Below are positions 11,201 to 20,770 of a stretch of DNA of 64,000 bases, one piece after another (positions within the stretch are counted from its first letter, which is position 1; every line of letters starts with the position of its first letter). The notes below the pieces were generated by a model. That model searched no databases. It saw only the letters and a program-made list of their open reading frames with translations, and was not told where the DNA came from. The translations under genes were made by a program, and so were the position numbers. This stretch comes from a virus, in the IMG/VR virus record IMGVR_UViG_3300037541_000522, positions 1 to 64,000 of that record, one strand, 5' to 3'.

Positions 11201-14200
11201 GCACATGTATCAGGCTTCCTTTACATGGCGGGGACTGCAGGATCAGCTGGTAGCTGGGGATCGAGAGATTATACATCAGGAAGCAGTAGATACTTTAACG
11301 CTAACTACTATGAATTTAATAATGTTGGATATGGATCGACTTGGTCATTTACAATTAGCAGTGGAGATACAACATCTTCTTCTTCATCTAGAGCACCTAT
11401 ATTCTATGATTCAAATAATACAGCATACTATACAGATCCAGCAAGCACATCCAGACTAAACTCAATTACTATTGATGACGGCAATGTACAACTGTATAAA
11501 CCACAAACAGTTGACATGTCGAACACTTCGACATATAGCACAAGCAATTACTATCCTGTAACTATACAAGTTCCAACTGGCGGATGCTGGATAGAGATTC
11601 AAAATAATTTAAACTCTAACGTTCCATCTTGGGCTACACACCCAAGCGGATTTACTTTAAATCTAAGATGGTGGACTAACGGTAGTAGCTGGGGAACTAC
11701 TGAAGTTAAGAGAAGGGTAGAACAATACCACGAAAGATTTACTAATTTGACTATTTGTGGTGGTATTACGCAAATGATACATAGTAGTACTGAAGTTGTA
11801 TGGCTACGCGGTGGTGGCACCTACTACTTTTATTTTAGTCGCAATTTAGGTGCTACTGCACAATCAAGTACTTACAGTATTAATAGTCAGAGTGTATCAC
11901 CAACTTCATCAGCTCAAAATAGTGTTTGGGATTCTGCTTCTGGAGCACATACATCTTATAATACACGCGTCGACGCCGATAGTCAGATGCGTTCACCGAT
12001 ATACTATGATTATAATGATACTGGTTATTATGTCGACCCTGGTGCCGATTTATCTTTTCGCACAGCTGGGTACATAAATTTATTTAGAAATGATGTACAA
12101 GCTATTTTACAATCGCAGAATACTTCTGCTGGAAGTCCTGCCCAATTTAATTTGCGCCATAGTTATGGTGATGTAGTTTTAGAAAATTACAGAGGTGGGA
12201 TCCTTGAGTATGCCACTGCGGTTCAAACCAACAATAGTTATCGCGCACCAATATTTTATGATTCAAATGATACTGGTTATTATTTTGATGGTACAGGTGG
12301 AACACGTCAATCTAGATTTTTGACTATAAGTGGTGGAGCTACTGGCATCTACGGGAATGAATTAGTTGTTGGCGCTACTGCTGTACAATACTCTCTTCAA
12401 GATACTAATCAACGAGCAATTATTCAAGCACATGGCGCGTATCCGGTAATATCACTAAATCATACTGTTACGTCTAACACACAGCATGGACCAACTATTC
12501 AGTTTACATCTAATGGCACAGGGCATCAATTTGTTATTGGTACTAATGGTACTGGTACTATGTTGTCAATGGGTTATTCTTCTGCAGGTGACTGGAATCC
12601 TCACAATGGTATTTCTGGATATAATGGTACTTCATTCTTCCATGTTGGAACAAACGGCTACATCGGAATAGGATCTGAAGGCGACTGGACTGTTTCAGGT
12701 GGATCTGGAACACATACTCCTGGATATAATCTACACTTTATTGGAAGCAACAACGCAGTGAATGGACACGCAGCTTTCTTTGATAATCGTGTAAGTGCAA
12801 CAAATAACGGATCCGGATTCTTATTTAGAAATCTTCACGGAAACCATTCATGGGGTGTAGTGGCAGAATATAGAATTGATGGAGCCGGAGATAGACCTTC
12901 TATTTTATTTTCAAGTAATCAGGTAAATACTTCTTGGTCTGTAGGATTTGTAACAGGCAGTGACGACACATTTCGTATAACTAAAAATCATGGTCATAGA
13001 GCATATTATGGTGGATGGACAGATGCTAGTACTGGATGGGGAGCACCATATTTAACCATCAATACTAGCGGTAACGTTACAGCTCCTGTTGACATGCGTT
13101 CACCAATCTTCTATGATTCTAATGATACTAGTTACTATTTAGACCCAAATAGCACTTCGTTTCAACGAAGCCTATTCCTAGGAGCACACGATTCTGGTAC
13201 TTCTGAATTCAGATTTGGTGAAGATAGTAGTGGCTGGTATGGTGACCGATGGTATTGGGATAGCCAATATACTGCATATCGTTATAGCCGATATGCTGGA
13301 ACAGATAGTTTAATTCACTACCACGACACCCGTGATGCCACAAGAATTACTTATGGTCGTAATATTGTATTTGACGACTACGGTAAAGGTATAGTTGGTG
13401 TATATTCTTCTTATAGATACCAAGGCGTGTTTGCAATGGGAGATTCGTATAAACTTCCTGCAGATGGTACTACTACTGGAAGCTTATATGGACTAGCTTG
13501 GTCACACCCAAATGCTGGTGGAACAGCCGGCAATCTAAACACACACGGCCTCCTAGTTTTAGAAAATGGAGGTTTCTTAGCAGCCGTTTCAGGAAGTATT
13601 CGTGCTCGCGATGATATGCGCGCACCAATATTCTATGAGATAAATAACACTGGTTACTATGTCGATCCAGGCAACAATGCAAACATAGCTGGCCAAGTTT
13701 ATATTGGCGGCTGGTTTAGAAACTACGGACAACAAGGTTTGTATAATGAGTCTTATGGAAATCACTGGTATGCAACTGGCAACGACTACTGGAACTTAGC
13801 TGGAAATAATGGCATTAATGTTGGTATTATTTTTAGAACGGGCGGGCATCAAGGCACGTCTCGTGGATATGTGTATGCAGACAGTAGTAATAATATTGGA
13901 TTTTTAAACAGTGGGGCTAGTTGGAGACTGCGTGTTGTTGGAGATGATTATTCTGTAGCAGATGGCTCCTCTATGAGAGCGCAGATTTTCTATGACTCTA
14001 ATGATACCACATACTATCTAGATCCAAATAGTACTACTAGTTCATTAAAAATCGCAGGCGCAATTGAACTAGGCGAAAATCATGCTTTCCCTAACGTAGA
14101 GTGGTCTTCGAGTGGAAGTAGTACTGGTATGATCATATTCAAGTTACCAGGTGGTAGCGGTAACTATGGTATGGTACACATGGTATTTGATTATTACGAG

Positions 14201-15991
14201 TACAATTCTCCTCGCACTGCTACAATCATAGTCGGCGGACATAATTGGAATAGTGCTTGGTATAATAATTCTTGTAATGTAGTTGGGTTCATTGACAAAC
14301 AAGTAAGACTAGGATTTAAAGACGGTCAGTATTGTGTAGTCATTGGAACTTCTGGATCAGAGTGGAACTACGGTACTGTAAGATTAAGAAAAATTCATAA
14401 TGCTTCGTTTTATAACAATGCAATGGATCTTGGTGGATCATACAGCGTAGCTCAAACCACAACAGAGTCATTTACAAATATAACTAGCGACTTAAGAAAC
14501 TTTAGAACACCTACAGCGTTACAGGTTGATGGTATTCTACAAGCATACACAGATGTACGCACGCCTATTGTTTACGATCAAAACGACACCAATTACTACT
14601 GCGATCCTAACGGCAGCAGCAGACTCAATGATGTATTTCCTAATCAGATATACAACTATGGTTGGTTTAGAAATCAAAATTCTGCGACTGGTTTATACAA
14701 TACTGCAACTGATTCGCATTTTTATTCTGCAGGTGCTAATTACTGGCACATTAATCCAGATAATGGTAGTGTTTCAGTTGGCGGATTAATATTTTATGAC
14801 CAGTTTAACAGCACTCAAAATAGCTCAACCGGAAGAAAAGGATCTATTTATTGGGACAGTGCTGGATTTGGTTTATTAGATAGCACGGGTAATTGGACAA
14901 TAAATCTTCATCCAACAAATTATAGACGAGTCACTATAGGCGGTTACAATGGTCTTAACCCTTATAGTAGCGTTGATGGTATTCGCCTTATGTTTGGTGG
15001 CGGCGATGATAACGCGGCTGGCAGTTACTATATTGGTACTAACTTTGAAAACTATGGTGGCACATATACCAAGCTCGATTTACGTTGGCACACCGGTATT
15101 CGCATGGGTGCTCAACCTGGCTATGGTGGTATTAGATTCTACAACAATGAAGGTCTTGAAACAATAAGATTCTCGATTAATAAAGGTGACGAACATACTC
15201 GAGTAGAGAGTGGTAGTTTTTATTCAAACTTAATGTATGATCGTGATAATACTGCTTATTATGTAGATCCAGCAAGCACTTCTAGACTTCTTAAACTACG
15301 AGTTAATACTGCTAATGATCCTAGCGATAATGCATATGGAACGGCAACAGACATACCCATGTATATGTCTGGTAGTACTCGTACTCAATCAACATTTTTA
15401 ATCGAAAATACTAGTAATAGTTTTCTTGAATATCCTGTCATTGTTATTAGAAGAACACAAACTCCAACAGCAGCTAGATTTGGATCATTTATACGTTTTG
15501 CTGATAGGAATTCTGGTGGTAATGATGTATTGACTCAAATTTTTACTTATAATAGACAAACCTCCCAAGATCTAAACATAGAGGCTAGTAGTAGTACAGG
15601 AGATCGTGTAATTATAACAGCAGGTAGTTCTTCTAATATATATGTTGGTGAAAACTATGTTTTTCATTTAAAAGCTGCTAATTATAACGGTATCACTCCT
15701 GGAGCACTAGATATTGATTGTAGGCAAGGCAACTACTTTACAAAAACAATTGCTGGTAATAGTACATTTACATTTAGTAATGTAACTAGTTTAAGTGGAT
15801 ATACTCTTGCATACTCATTTACACTTGAAGTAACACACACTAGTGGTACTATTACTTGGCCTTCAACTGTAAAATGGCCGGGTAACACTGCTCCTTCCTT
15901 AACAACAGGTAAAACTCACTTATTTATGTTTGTTACAGATGATGCTGGAAGTAGATGGCGTGGTTCTTATTTAACTAACTACGATAATTAA
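8300..15991 (+). CDS. Giant modular tail fibre/receptor-binding protein (2563 aa)
   Basis: About 15 copies of an RAPIFYDSNDTxYYxDP linker separating unrelated G/S/N/Y-rich domains. Confidence 0.85.
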   Translation: MFKVKDGIRIGAQEFVDGSRNVTAGTVSASDVTISGELRGPATMYIDPAGIGDNTGTLVIRGNLQVDGTTTTINSTTVAIDDLNLQLATDAPNAAAADGAGITIGGAGATFTYVSSGDKWQLNKSLEINGNQVWHAGNLTNLNQLTNGPGYITGYTETDTLATVTARGASTSNSVTLSGTGNQFGGHFYFLPWDSAGNHYPHFNDGGNASGSKVNWRLFTGGTNSITHYWDTGYTYFANRVESASDMRATLYYDATNTSYYLDPAAGFYLFASSSSAVINGTESSSGLIIQNNSTGGPKLSLKSTAASGKDLWFISNNTSNTDGAGRLQLWNNSDGYTFATFGTTAGANHFIYGAYTQMSGSARAPIFYDSDNTGYYVDPASTSNLSGLTVSNAISGNVTGYSKWIDRVPAYQWSNSTLPSGYNSGVETSFVSSAEGWPQYGVVLSVMGRVPVDPGGNFQLFMGHGASYGGLGLRVRSINQTNNLWTSWKILLDETNYTNYAMPIGSSATNSVDIRAPIFYDSADTGYYVDPNNTSRLAELRVGGGPGGSTAGNLYIQGNNDWRWIAGHVPNYGVGNGFGLYSDSLGYYLMSLSTSGNWYFGENNHNSSHRVSINGTGYASGDFRSPIFYDSNDTAYYTDPASTSRLNSILPNEIQLYAGKIQHGSGSGGTSFGGGHYSQGMDIANGYSSWSYPYKDYIIGHHTGIRIGGYYNYGGTRFYNNSPTTDADMNGHGDGGETLLFSTGMWDNNVRSHVTLYAPFIYDLDDTNYYLDPNSGSRLLHIFAGNVSSSNDGSWNARMNLVGSAHARLDVVSNSDGIITTMYSHTGQGVGKIGTMSNHPLTLMAQGANDGGYVYNGSIRSPIFYDANDTNYYLDPASTSRLNTSRIGNINVGSGTYLNTITPIGDGNINLSAPSGAFYFDTWPRMPGLYDINDTAYYVDPNSNSKLVNLGLGGATPDVRLSISGDAHVSGFLYMAGTAGSAGSWGSRDYTSGSSRYFNANYYEFNNVGYGSTWSFTISSGDTTSSSSSRAPIFYDSNNTAYYTDPASTSRLNSITIDDGNVQLYKPQTVDMSNTSTYSTSNYYPVTIQVPTGGCWIEIQNNLNSNVPSWATHPSGFTLNLRWWTNGSSWGTTEVKRRVEQYHERFTNLTICGGITQMIHSSTEVVWLRGGGTYYFYFSRNLGATAQSSTYSINSQSVSPTSSAQNSVWDSASGAHTSYNTRVDADSQMRSPIYYDYNDTGYYVDPGADLSFRTAGYINLFRNDVQAILQSQNTSAGSPAQFNLRHSYGDVVLENYRGGILEYATAVQTNNSYRAPIFYDSNDTGYYFDGTGGTRQSRFLTISGGATGIYGNELVVGATAVQYSLQDTNQRAIIQAHGAYPVISLNHTVTSNTQHGPTIQFTSNGTGHQFVIGTNGTGTMLSMGYSSAGDWNPHNGISGYNGTSFFHVGTNGYIGIGSEGDWTVSGGSGTHTPGYNLHFIGSNNAVNGHAAFFDNRVSATNNGSGFLFRNLHGNHSWGVVAEYRIDGAGDRPSILFSSNQVNTSWSVGFVTGSDDTFRITKNHGHRAYYGGWTDASTGWGAPYLTINTSGNVTAPVDMRSPIFYDSNDTSYYLDPNSTSFQRSLFLGAHDSGTSEFRFGEDSSGWYGDRWYWDSQYTAYRYSRYAGTDSLIHYHDTRDATRITYGRNIVFDDYGKGIVGVYSSYRYQGVFAMGDSYKLPADGTTTGSLYGLAWSHPNAGGTAGNLNTHGLLVLENGGFLAAVSGSIRARDDMRAPIFYEINNTGYYVDPGNNANIAGQVYIGGWFRNYGQQGLYNESYGNHWYATGNDYWNLAGNNGINVGIIFRTGGHQGTSRGYVYADSSNNIGFLNSGASWRLRVVGDDYSVADGSSMRAQIFYDSNDTTYYLDPNSTTSSLKIAGAIELGENHAFPNVEWSSSGSSTGMIIFKLPGGSGNYGMVHMVFDYYEYNSPRTATIIVGGHNWNSAWYNNSCNVVGFIDKQVRLGFKDGQYCVVIGTSGSEWNYGTVRLRKIHNASFYNNAMDLGGSYSVAQTTTESFTNITSDLRNFRTPTALQVDGILQAYTDVRTPIVYDQNDTNYYCDPNGSSRLNDVFPNQIYNYGWFRNQNSATGLYNTATDSHFYSAGANYWHINPDNGSVSVGGLIFYDQFNSTQNSSTGRKGSIYWDSAGFGLLDSTGNWTINLHPTNYRRVTIGGYNGLNPYSSVDGIRLMFGGGDDNAAGSYYIGTNFENYGGTYTKLDLRWHTGIRMGAQPGYGGIRFYNNEGLETIRFSINKGDEHTRVESGSFYSNLMYDRDNTAYYVDPASTSRLLKLRVNTANDPSDNAYGTATDIPMYMSGSTRTQSTFLIENTSNSFLEYPVIVIRRTQTPTAARFGSFIRFADRNSGGNDVLTQIFTYNRQTSQDLNIEASSSTGDRVIITAGSSSNIYVGENYVFHLKAANYNGITPGALDIDCRQGNYFTKTIAGNSTFTFSNVTSLSGYTLAYSFTLEVTHTSGTITWPSTVKWPGNTAPSLTTGKTHLFMFVTDDAGSRWRGSYLTNYDN

Positions 15992-15992
15992 A

Positions 15993-16667
15993 ATGGATAC
16001 AATTAGTTTTAATAATTTTATGGCTAGTGGTCAACCCAGAGGGTATACACTAACAGCCGGAACTAAAGCGCCAACCCTAGGTGCTGGTGGACATCCTAAT
16101 TATCCTCCTAGTGGTTGGACAGGTTTATCATATGGAAATGTTGATGATAGTTTTGTTAGTGTTACTATACCAAGCTTTGCACTTAATCTAAATAGTTTTA
16201 CAACAGCCTATATCGGTTCAAATACTTATATTACTTTTGGCAGTGGTTCAACTGTTTTTAGTAGTTTAAGTGCAAGTAATCCTGCTCTACATAAAATTCA
16301 CTTAGGAGCTGCCGATAATTCATATCAACAAGTTTCAATGATTCAATCTGGAACTGATTATACAAGAATTAGATATGAAGGAAATGGTAGTACTAGCGGT
16401 ACTATTGGTTCACCTGGTATTGTATATGAAGCTACTTTTTTTAATAGCGCAAAAACAGGCGGAGTACCTGTACTAGAAGTATTATTTGGTAATCATAATA
16501 GAACGAGTGGTGCATCTGGCATAGCTACTACAAACTCTTATCTAGCTACACCCTCTCCTGCAGGATACTTTTCAGCAAATCAAAGCTATGTTTTTGTAGG
16601 CAATGCTTCGGGCGGTACCGCATGGACTATATATACTGGATACTATATGGCAGGTACAGACTACTAA
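15993..16667 (+). CDS. Putative fibre-tip/adhesin protein
   Basis: G/S/T/Y-rich; lies between the fibre and the assembly chaperone. Confidence 0.5.
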   Translation: MDTISFNNFMASGQPRGYTLTAGTKAPTLGAGGHPNYPPSGWTGLSYGNVDDSFVSVTIPSFALNLNSFTTAYIGSNTYITFGSGSTVFSSLSASNPALHKIHLGAADNSYQQVSMIQSGTDYTRIRYEGNGSTSGTIGSPGIVYEATFFNSAKTGGVPVLEVLFGNHNRTSGASGIATTNSYLATPSPAGYFSANQSYVFVGNASGGTAWTIYTGYYMAGTDY

Positions 16668-16680
16668 TTAAGGAAAACTA

Positions 16681-17139
16681 ATGATATATGTAAAATTAAA
16701 TAGTAATGGTGAAATTGAGAAATACCCTTATAATCTGTACGATTTAAGAGTAGATTTTCCTAATACATCGTTTACTATTCCTGTAGAAGAAGATTCTCTG
16801 AATAGTAGAGGTATTTTTAGGGTAGCAGAAAGCGTAATGCCACAGATTGATCATACTAAAGAATTAGTTGAACTACAACCAACTCTACAAAACGGAACTT
16901 GGACAAGGGTTTGGAGTGTAGTTGATGCACTTCCAGAACACATTCAAACTAGATTTGATGCTGCTGCATACGACATAAGAAAACGGAGAAATGAACTACT
17001 TTCAAGCACAGATTGGACACAAGTAGCAGACACCCCTGTAGATAAACAAACATGGGCAACGTATAGACAAGCTCTTAGAAATATTACCACACAATCAAAC
17101 TTTCCTTGGTCAGTAGAATGGCCAACCCAACCCGTATAA
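16681..17139 (+). CDS. Tail fibre assembly chaperone
   Basis: RNELLSSTDWTQ..D...WATYRQALRNIT...FPWSVEWP motif. Confidence 0.85.
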   Translation: MIYVKLNSNGEIEKYPYNLYDLRVDFPNTSFTIPVEEDSLNSRGIFRVAESVMPQIDHTKELVELQPTLQNGTWTRVWSVVDALPEHIQTRFDAAAYDIRKRRNELLSSTDWTQVADTPVDKQTWATYRQALRNITTQSNFPWSVEWPTQPV

Positions 17140-17144
17140 TAAGG

Positions 17145-17237
17145 AATTACTATGGTAACCTCTTAGTTACGCCCATCAAATAATAACAGTCAGAAATCAA
17201 CAAGTTAAAAATGCTAGTAAGATAACTACTAGCAAAA
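17145..17237 (+). pseudogene. Decayed relic of a tail-fibre intramolecular chaperone (peptidase S74) C-terminal coiled coil
   Basis: Translates NYYGNLLVTPIK**QSEINKLKMLVR*LLAK, resembling the YGN...LLVEAIKEQQ.EI..LK end of S74 domains. Confidence 0.55.
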
Positions 17238-17264
17238 CAAGCGCCAACATTTTAGGAGAAAATA

Positions 17265-17642
17265 ATGGCAATTACTTATACATGGAAAGTAACTTCAGCA
17301 AAAACTAAAACTGAAGGTTCAAATCAAAATGCTATTGTTCAAACATACTGGACAAAAACTGGTACTGATGAAAATGGAAATACAGGAACATTTTCAGGTG
17401 CAACACCTTTTACTACAGTAGGAATGCCTGAAGGATATACATTTATTCCTTTTGACCAACTTACGGAAGAAATGGTTTTAGAATGGATTAAAGCTGTAGT
17501 CGTTGGCGGTTACGAAGAACACGTTAATGCTCAAATTCAAAAACAGATTGATGATAAATTAACTCCAGTAACTGAAGCTACACTACCTTGGGCTCCTGCA
17601 CCTACACCTACTACTGCACCACCCGCACCTATTAATCCATAA
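17265..17642 (+). CDS. Conserved small tail-associated phage protein
   Basis: MAITYTWKV...FIPFDQLTEEMVLEW pattern; strong RBS (aggag). Confidence 0.65.
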   Translation: MAITYTWKVTSAKTKTEGSNQNAIVQTYWTKTGTDENGNTGTFSGATPFTTVGMPEGYTFIPFDQLTEEMVLEWIKAVVVGGYEEHVNAQIQKQIDDKLTPVTEATLPWAPAPTPTTAPPAPINP

Positions 17643-17657
17643 TACGTAGAGGTTACT

Positions 17658-18203
17658 ATGCGACAATTAGTTTGGCTATTATTTTTGATTTCAAGCCTTG
17701 CCCTTGCCCAAACAACAGACAGGATTATTTCAGAATCAACAAGTAATAGTCAATCTAATTCGACTAGTACTAGCGTAAATGAAACTACAGTTAAATCGCC
17801 CCCACCTAGTGCTATTAGTCCAGGTATTACTGTAATTAACAATGATCTTTGTACTGTTGGTGTGTCAGGAGCAGTACAAACTCAAATCTTAGGTATTAGT
17901 GGTGGTAGTACTGTTCGGGATATGAACTGTGAACGTATTAAGCTTGCAAAGAATCTTTATGACATGGGCATGAAGGTTGCAGCGGTATCCACACTATGCC
18001 AAGATGATCGAGTATTTACTGCCATGATGAATGCTGGAACACCTTGTCCAGTGGATGGTAAGATCGGCGAAGAAGCTAAGAGAATATGGGACACCAATCC
18101 AACACGAAAACCTGAATCCGTAAAGGAGAGTAACAATGCAAGTTTCTGGCAAAAAGTTAGTGCTGGGCTTGGCGTCCTGGCTATTCTTCTCATTCTCCTG
18201 TAG
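17658..18203 (+). CDS. Exported cysteine-containing protein with C-terminal TM anchor
   Basis: Signal peptide (ALA-Q), several Cys, hydrophobic C-terminus. Confidence 0.7.
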   Translation: MRQLVWLLFLISSLALAQTTDRIISESTSNSQSNSTSTSVNETTVKSPPPSAISPGITVINNDLCTVGVSGAVQTQILGISGGSTVRDMNCERIKLAKNLYDMGMKVAAVSTLCQDDRVFTAMMNAGTPCPVDGKIGEEAKRIWDTNPTRKPESVKESNNASFWQKVSAGLGVLAILLILL

Positions 18204-19584
18204 TGCTCAGGATATACATACAACACCCAATCTAATTCAAAATAGCTGGGCAAATACTGTTACAGGTAATTATACTCCAGGAGGAACATCTGGAGGAAAT
18301 CGCGCAGCCTATAATCCTCAAACACAAACAATACTATTTGGTTATACACAGCAAATTGTTAACCAAGAAATAAGATTACGTGAAGCTCTACAAGGTACTC
18401 ATCTAAGACTTTATGGATACAACTATTCTTTTCAATACATGAATAGTGAATTTAATAGAGGATTTGTTTCTTTTTCTGTTGATCTAAAAGATCAATTTGG
18501 ATTCAGTAAACAAAAAGACAACTATACACTTAATCAAACAAATGGATGGGAAACTGTAAGTGGTAAAAGAAATTATGGCAGTCCATTTAATTTAGATTTT
18601 GTTGATAGGTTTGATGTAAGTTTTAATGGAAAAGATGATAGGTATTGGGCGGGTTATTATGGACCGCAGATTAAAAATGTTTCTTTAAATGCAATGTATG
18701 TGGTTGATGAGTGCGCTGTGAATCCACTTTATGCATCAACCTGTCCAAACTATCAACAAGCATATTTTCAATCTCAATGCAATATTAATTCTATATACAG
18801 TCCAAATTGTCAGGGGTATGCACAAGCATATCGTAGTCAACAATGCTCAGTGAATGTTTTGTTTTCTCCTGAGTGTCCCGGATACGAATCAGCATATCTA
18901 AATCAACAATGTGCTTCTAACCCCCTTTTTTCTACGGCCTGTTTACTGTACCCGCAGGCATACTTCAATCAACAATGCACAGCAAATCCTCTATACAATT
19001 CTGGTTGTTCAGGATATGCAAACGCTTTTAAAGAAAAACAGGTAACAGATGCGTGTAAATCTAATTCGCAGAGTAGTCCACAGTGTACCAATTATACTAC
19101 TCCTACTCTTAGCCCTAGTCAATCAAATTCTTTAACCGATACTAGCAAACTAGCAGAAACTGTATTAATAGGGGACCCTCAAGCGCAGCAAGCAATTACT
19201 GTACCAAGTATTACTAGTACCACCAGTCCTACTTCTCAAATTAATATAAACCCACAACTTGGTACAGGTTTAACTGTATCCGGTATTACACCTCAACCTA
19301 CAGCACAGCAGCAACGTCGAACCCAAGCCGCTCAAACCCAGCGCGCGGAGCGCGCTCGGCAAGACCCCCAGCAGCAGCAACAAGCACAACAAGTTGCACA
19401 AATGGGTACAGTACCGGGGTTTGATCAGTATCAACAAGTTAACCTACCAGACGCTGTATTTTATACTAGCAAGGAAATTTATCGTAATCGTACACTACCA
19501 GATAATCCGCGTGCTCAGCGCGCACTTTCACAGCGCAGCGACCGGCTTCACCAGGAGATGATTGATGAGCAATACAGAAAGTAA
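18136..19584 (+). CDS. Exported protein with Cys-rich repeats (CxxNPLYxxxCxxY) and Q-rich tail
   Basis: Signal-like N-terminus; about 6 tandem 22-aa two-Cys repeats. Confidence 0.7.
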   Translation: MQVSGKKLVLGLASWLFFSFSCSAQDIHTTPNLIQNSWANTVTGNYTPGGTSGGNRAAYNPQTQTILFGYTQQIVNQEIRLREALQGTHLRLYGYNYSFQYMNSEFNRGFVSFSVDLKDQFGFSKQKDNYTLNQTNGWETVSGKRNYGSPFNLDFVDRFDVSFNGKDDRYWAGYYGPQIKNVSLNAMYVVDECAVNPLYASTCPNYQQAYFQSQCNINSIYSPNCQGYAQAYRSQQCSVNVLFSPECPGYESAYLNQQCASNPLFSTACLLYPQAYFNQQCTANPLYNSGCSGYANAFKEKQVTDACKSNSQSSPQCTNYTTPTLSPSQSNSLTDTSKLAETVLIGDPQAQQAITVPSITSTTSPTSQININPQLGTGLTVSGITPQPTAQQQRRTQAAQTQRAERARQDPQQQQQAQQVAQMGTVPGFDQYQQVNLPDAVFYTSKEIYRNRTLPDNPRAQRALSQRSDRLHQEMIDEQYRK

Positions 19585-20233
19585 TGTTGACATTAACAAA
19601 AAGGTAGAAGCTGCAGAAGCTGCCCTAAAAAAGTACGCTAGTAAAGATACTGTGATTAGTATAGGCGGGTACAGTTTTACACCTGCAAAGCTAATGATTG
19701 CGGCCGGTATTATAAGTAGTGTAGTCGGCGGCATGTATGGAGTTTTTGAAGCCTACAAAGACTACGAAAATATGAAGAAAAAGATTGCAAGCTATGTTGC
19801 ACCCGACTTTAGTGAATATGAGGCTCGCATAATTAAACTAGAAGAAAATAGTGAAAAAGTAGTAGGCTATACTCGTGATATTAATCAAAATCTAAAAGGC
19901 GATATTCGTCGCACAGAAACTGTCTTAGAAGGTGTAGAGCGGGGATCTAAAGTTGCTCAGCGTGAAACCGAAAAAGAAGTGGCTAGTATTCGTAGACAAG
20001 TTGATGACGATGTTAAAGAAATACGACGACAAGTAGATACAGAAATAAAAGAAATACGTCGTAGTGCTGATACCAGTGTTCGTGAAATGCAAAAACAAGT
20101 TGATGCAACTGTACAAACCGTAAATGAACGTGTAAACAGAATTGAACGTGATACTAACGGTGAACTACGAGCTATTCGGCGTGAGGTAGATGACAAGATT
20201 AAAAAGGCACTAGATAATCCTCTTGCTAATTAA
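19562..20233 (+). CDS. Membrane-anchored long coiled-coil protein
   Basis: TM segment, then 11-aa periodic repeats (IRRQVDDDVKE). Confidence 0.7.
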   Translation: MMSNTESNVDINKKVEAAEAALKKYASKDTVISIGGYSFTPAKLMIAAGIISSVVGGMYGVFEAYKDYENMKKKIASYVAPDFSEYEARIIKLEENSEKVVGYTRDINQNLKGDIRRTETVLEGVERGSKVAQRETEKEVASIRRQVDDDVKEIRRQVDTEIKEIRRSADTSVREMQKQVDATVQTVNERVNRIERDTNGELRAIRREVDDKIKKALDNPLAN

Positions 20234-20243
20234 GGGGAGTAGT

Positions 20244-20762
20244 ATGGATCCGCTAACGCTAATGGGTACGGTAACAGCTGCATTTAATGGCCTAAAAGCT
20301 GCTGTAAAAGTAGGTCAAGAAGTCGAGGGAGTATACCGTCAATTAAGTAAGTGGGCGGATGCTGCAGGGCAACTTCAACAACTAATCAATGATAATAAAA
20401 CGGATACGGGTGAGCAAAAACCTGGCTTGTTTGAAAAAATAGGATTTGGTAAAACCGCAACAGCAGAAGCCTTTGATATAATTATAGCACAGCAAAAATT
20501 GCGAGAAATGGAAGCTGAAATATATCATATGTTTTATTATGGTGAACTTCAACACCTAGGAGCAGAGGGCTATAGTCAGTTTAATCAGCTACGTCGTGAA
20601 ATTCGTGAGCGCCGTGAGCGTATGATTCGTGATCAAGCTCGCCGTAGAAAACGGTTTATTGAAAACCTATTCTGGGGAACCTTACTAGTTATAACACTTA
20701 CTATTGCAATTAAATTTTTTGTATGGTTATTTGATATTGGCCGCGAAGCAGGCCGATGGTAG
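20244..20762 (+). CDS. Membrane protein (MDPLT... family), C-terminal TM
   Basis: ORF track; likely start at MDPLT with upstream ggggag RBS. Confidence 0.6.
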   Translation: MDPLTLMGTVTAAFNGLKAAVKVGQEVEGVYRQLSKWADAAGQLQQLINDNKTDTGEQKPGLFEKIGFGKTATAEAFDIIIAQQKLREMEAEIYHMFYYGELQHLGAEGYSQFNQLRREIRERRERMIRDQARRRKRFIENLFWGTLLVITLTIAIKFFVWLFDIGREAGRW

Positions 20763-20770
20763 GAGACGCA

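Noticed and set aside
8300-15991. Diversity-generating retroelement or shufflon acting on the fibre
   Set aside because: No reverse transcriptase, no template/variable repeat pair differing at adenines, and no invertase or inverted cassettes seen in the window.
17145-17237. Stop-codon reassignment (TAA read-through)
   Set aside because: Neighbouring genes are intact under code 11 and commonly end in TAA, and no suppressor tRNA was found; the stops reflect decay.
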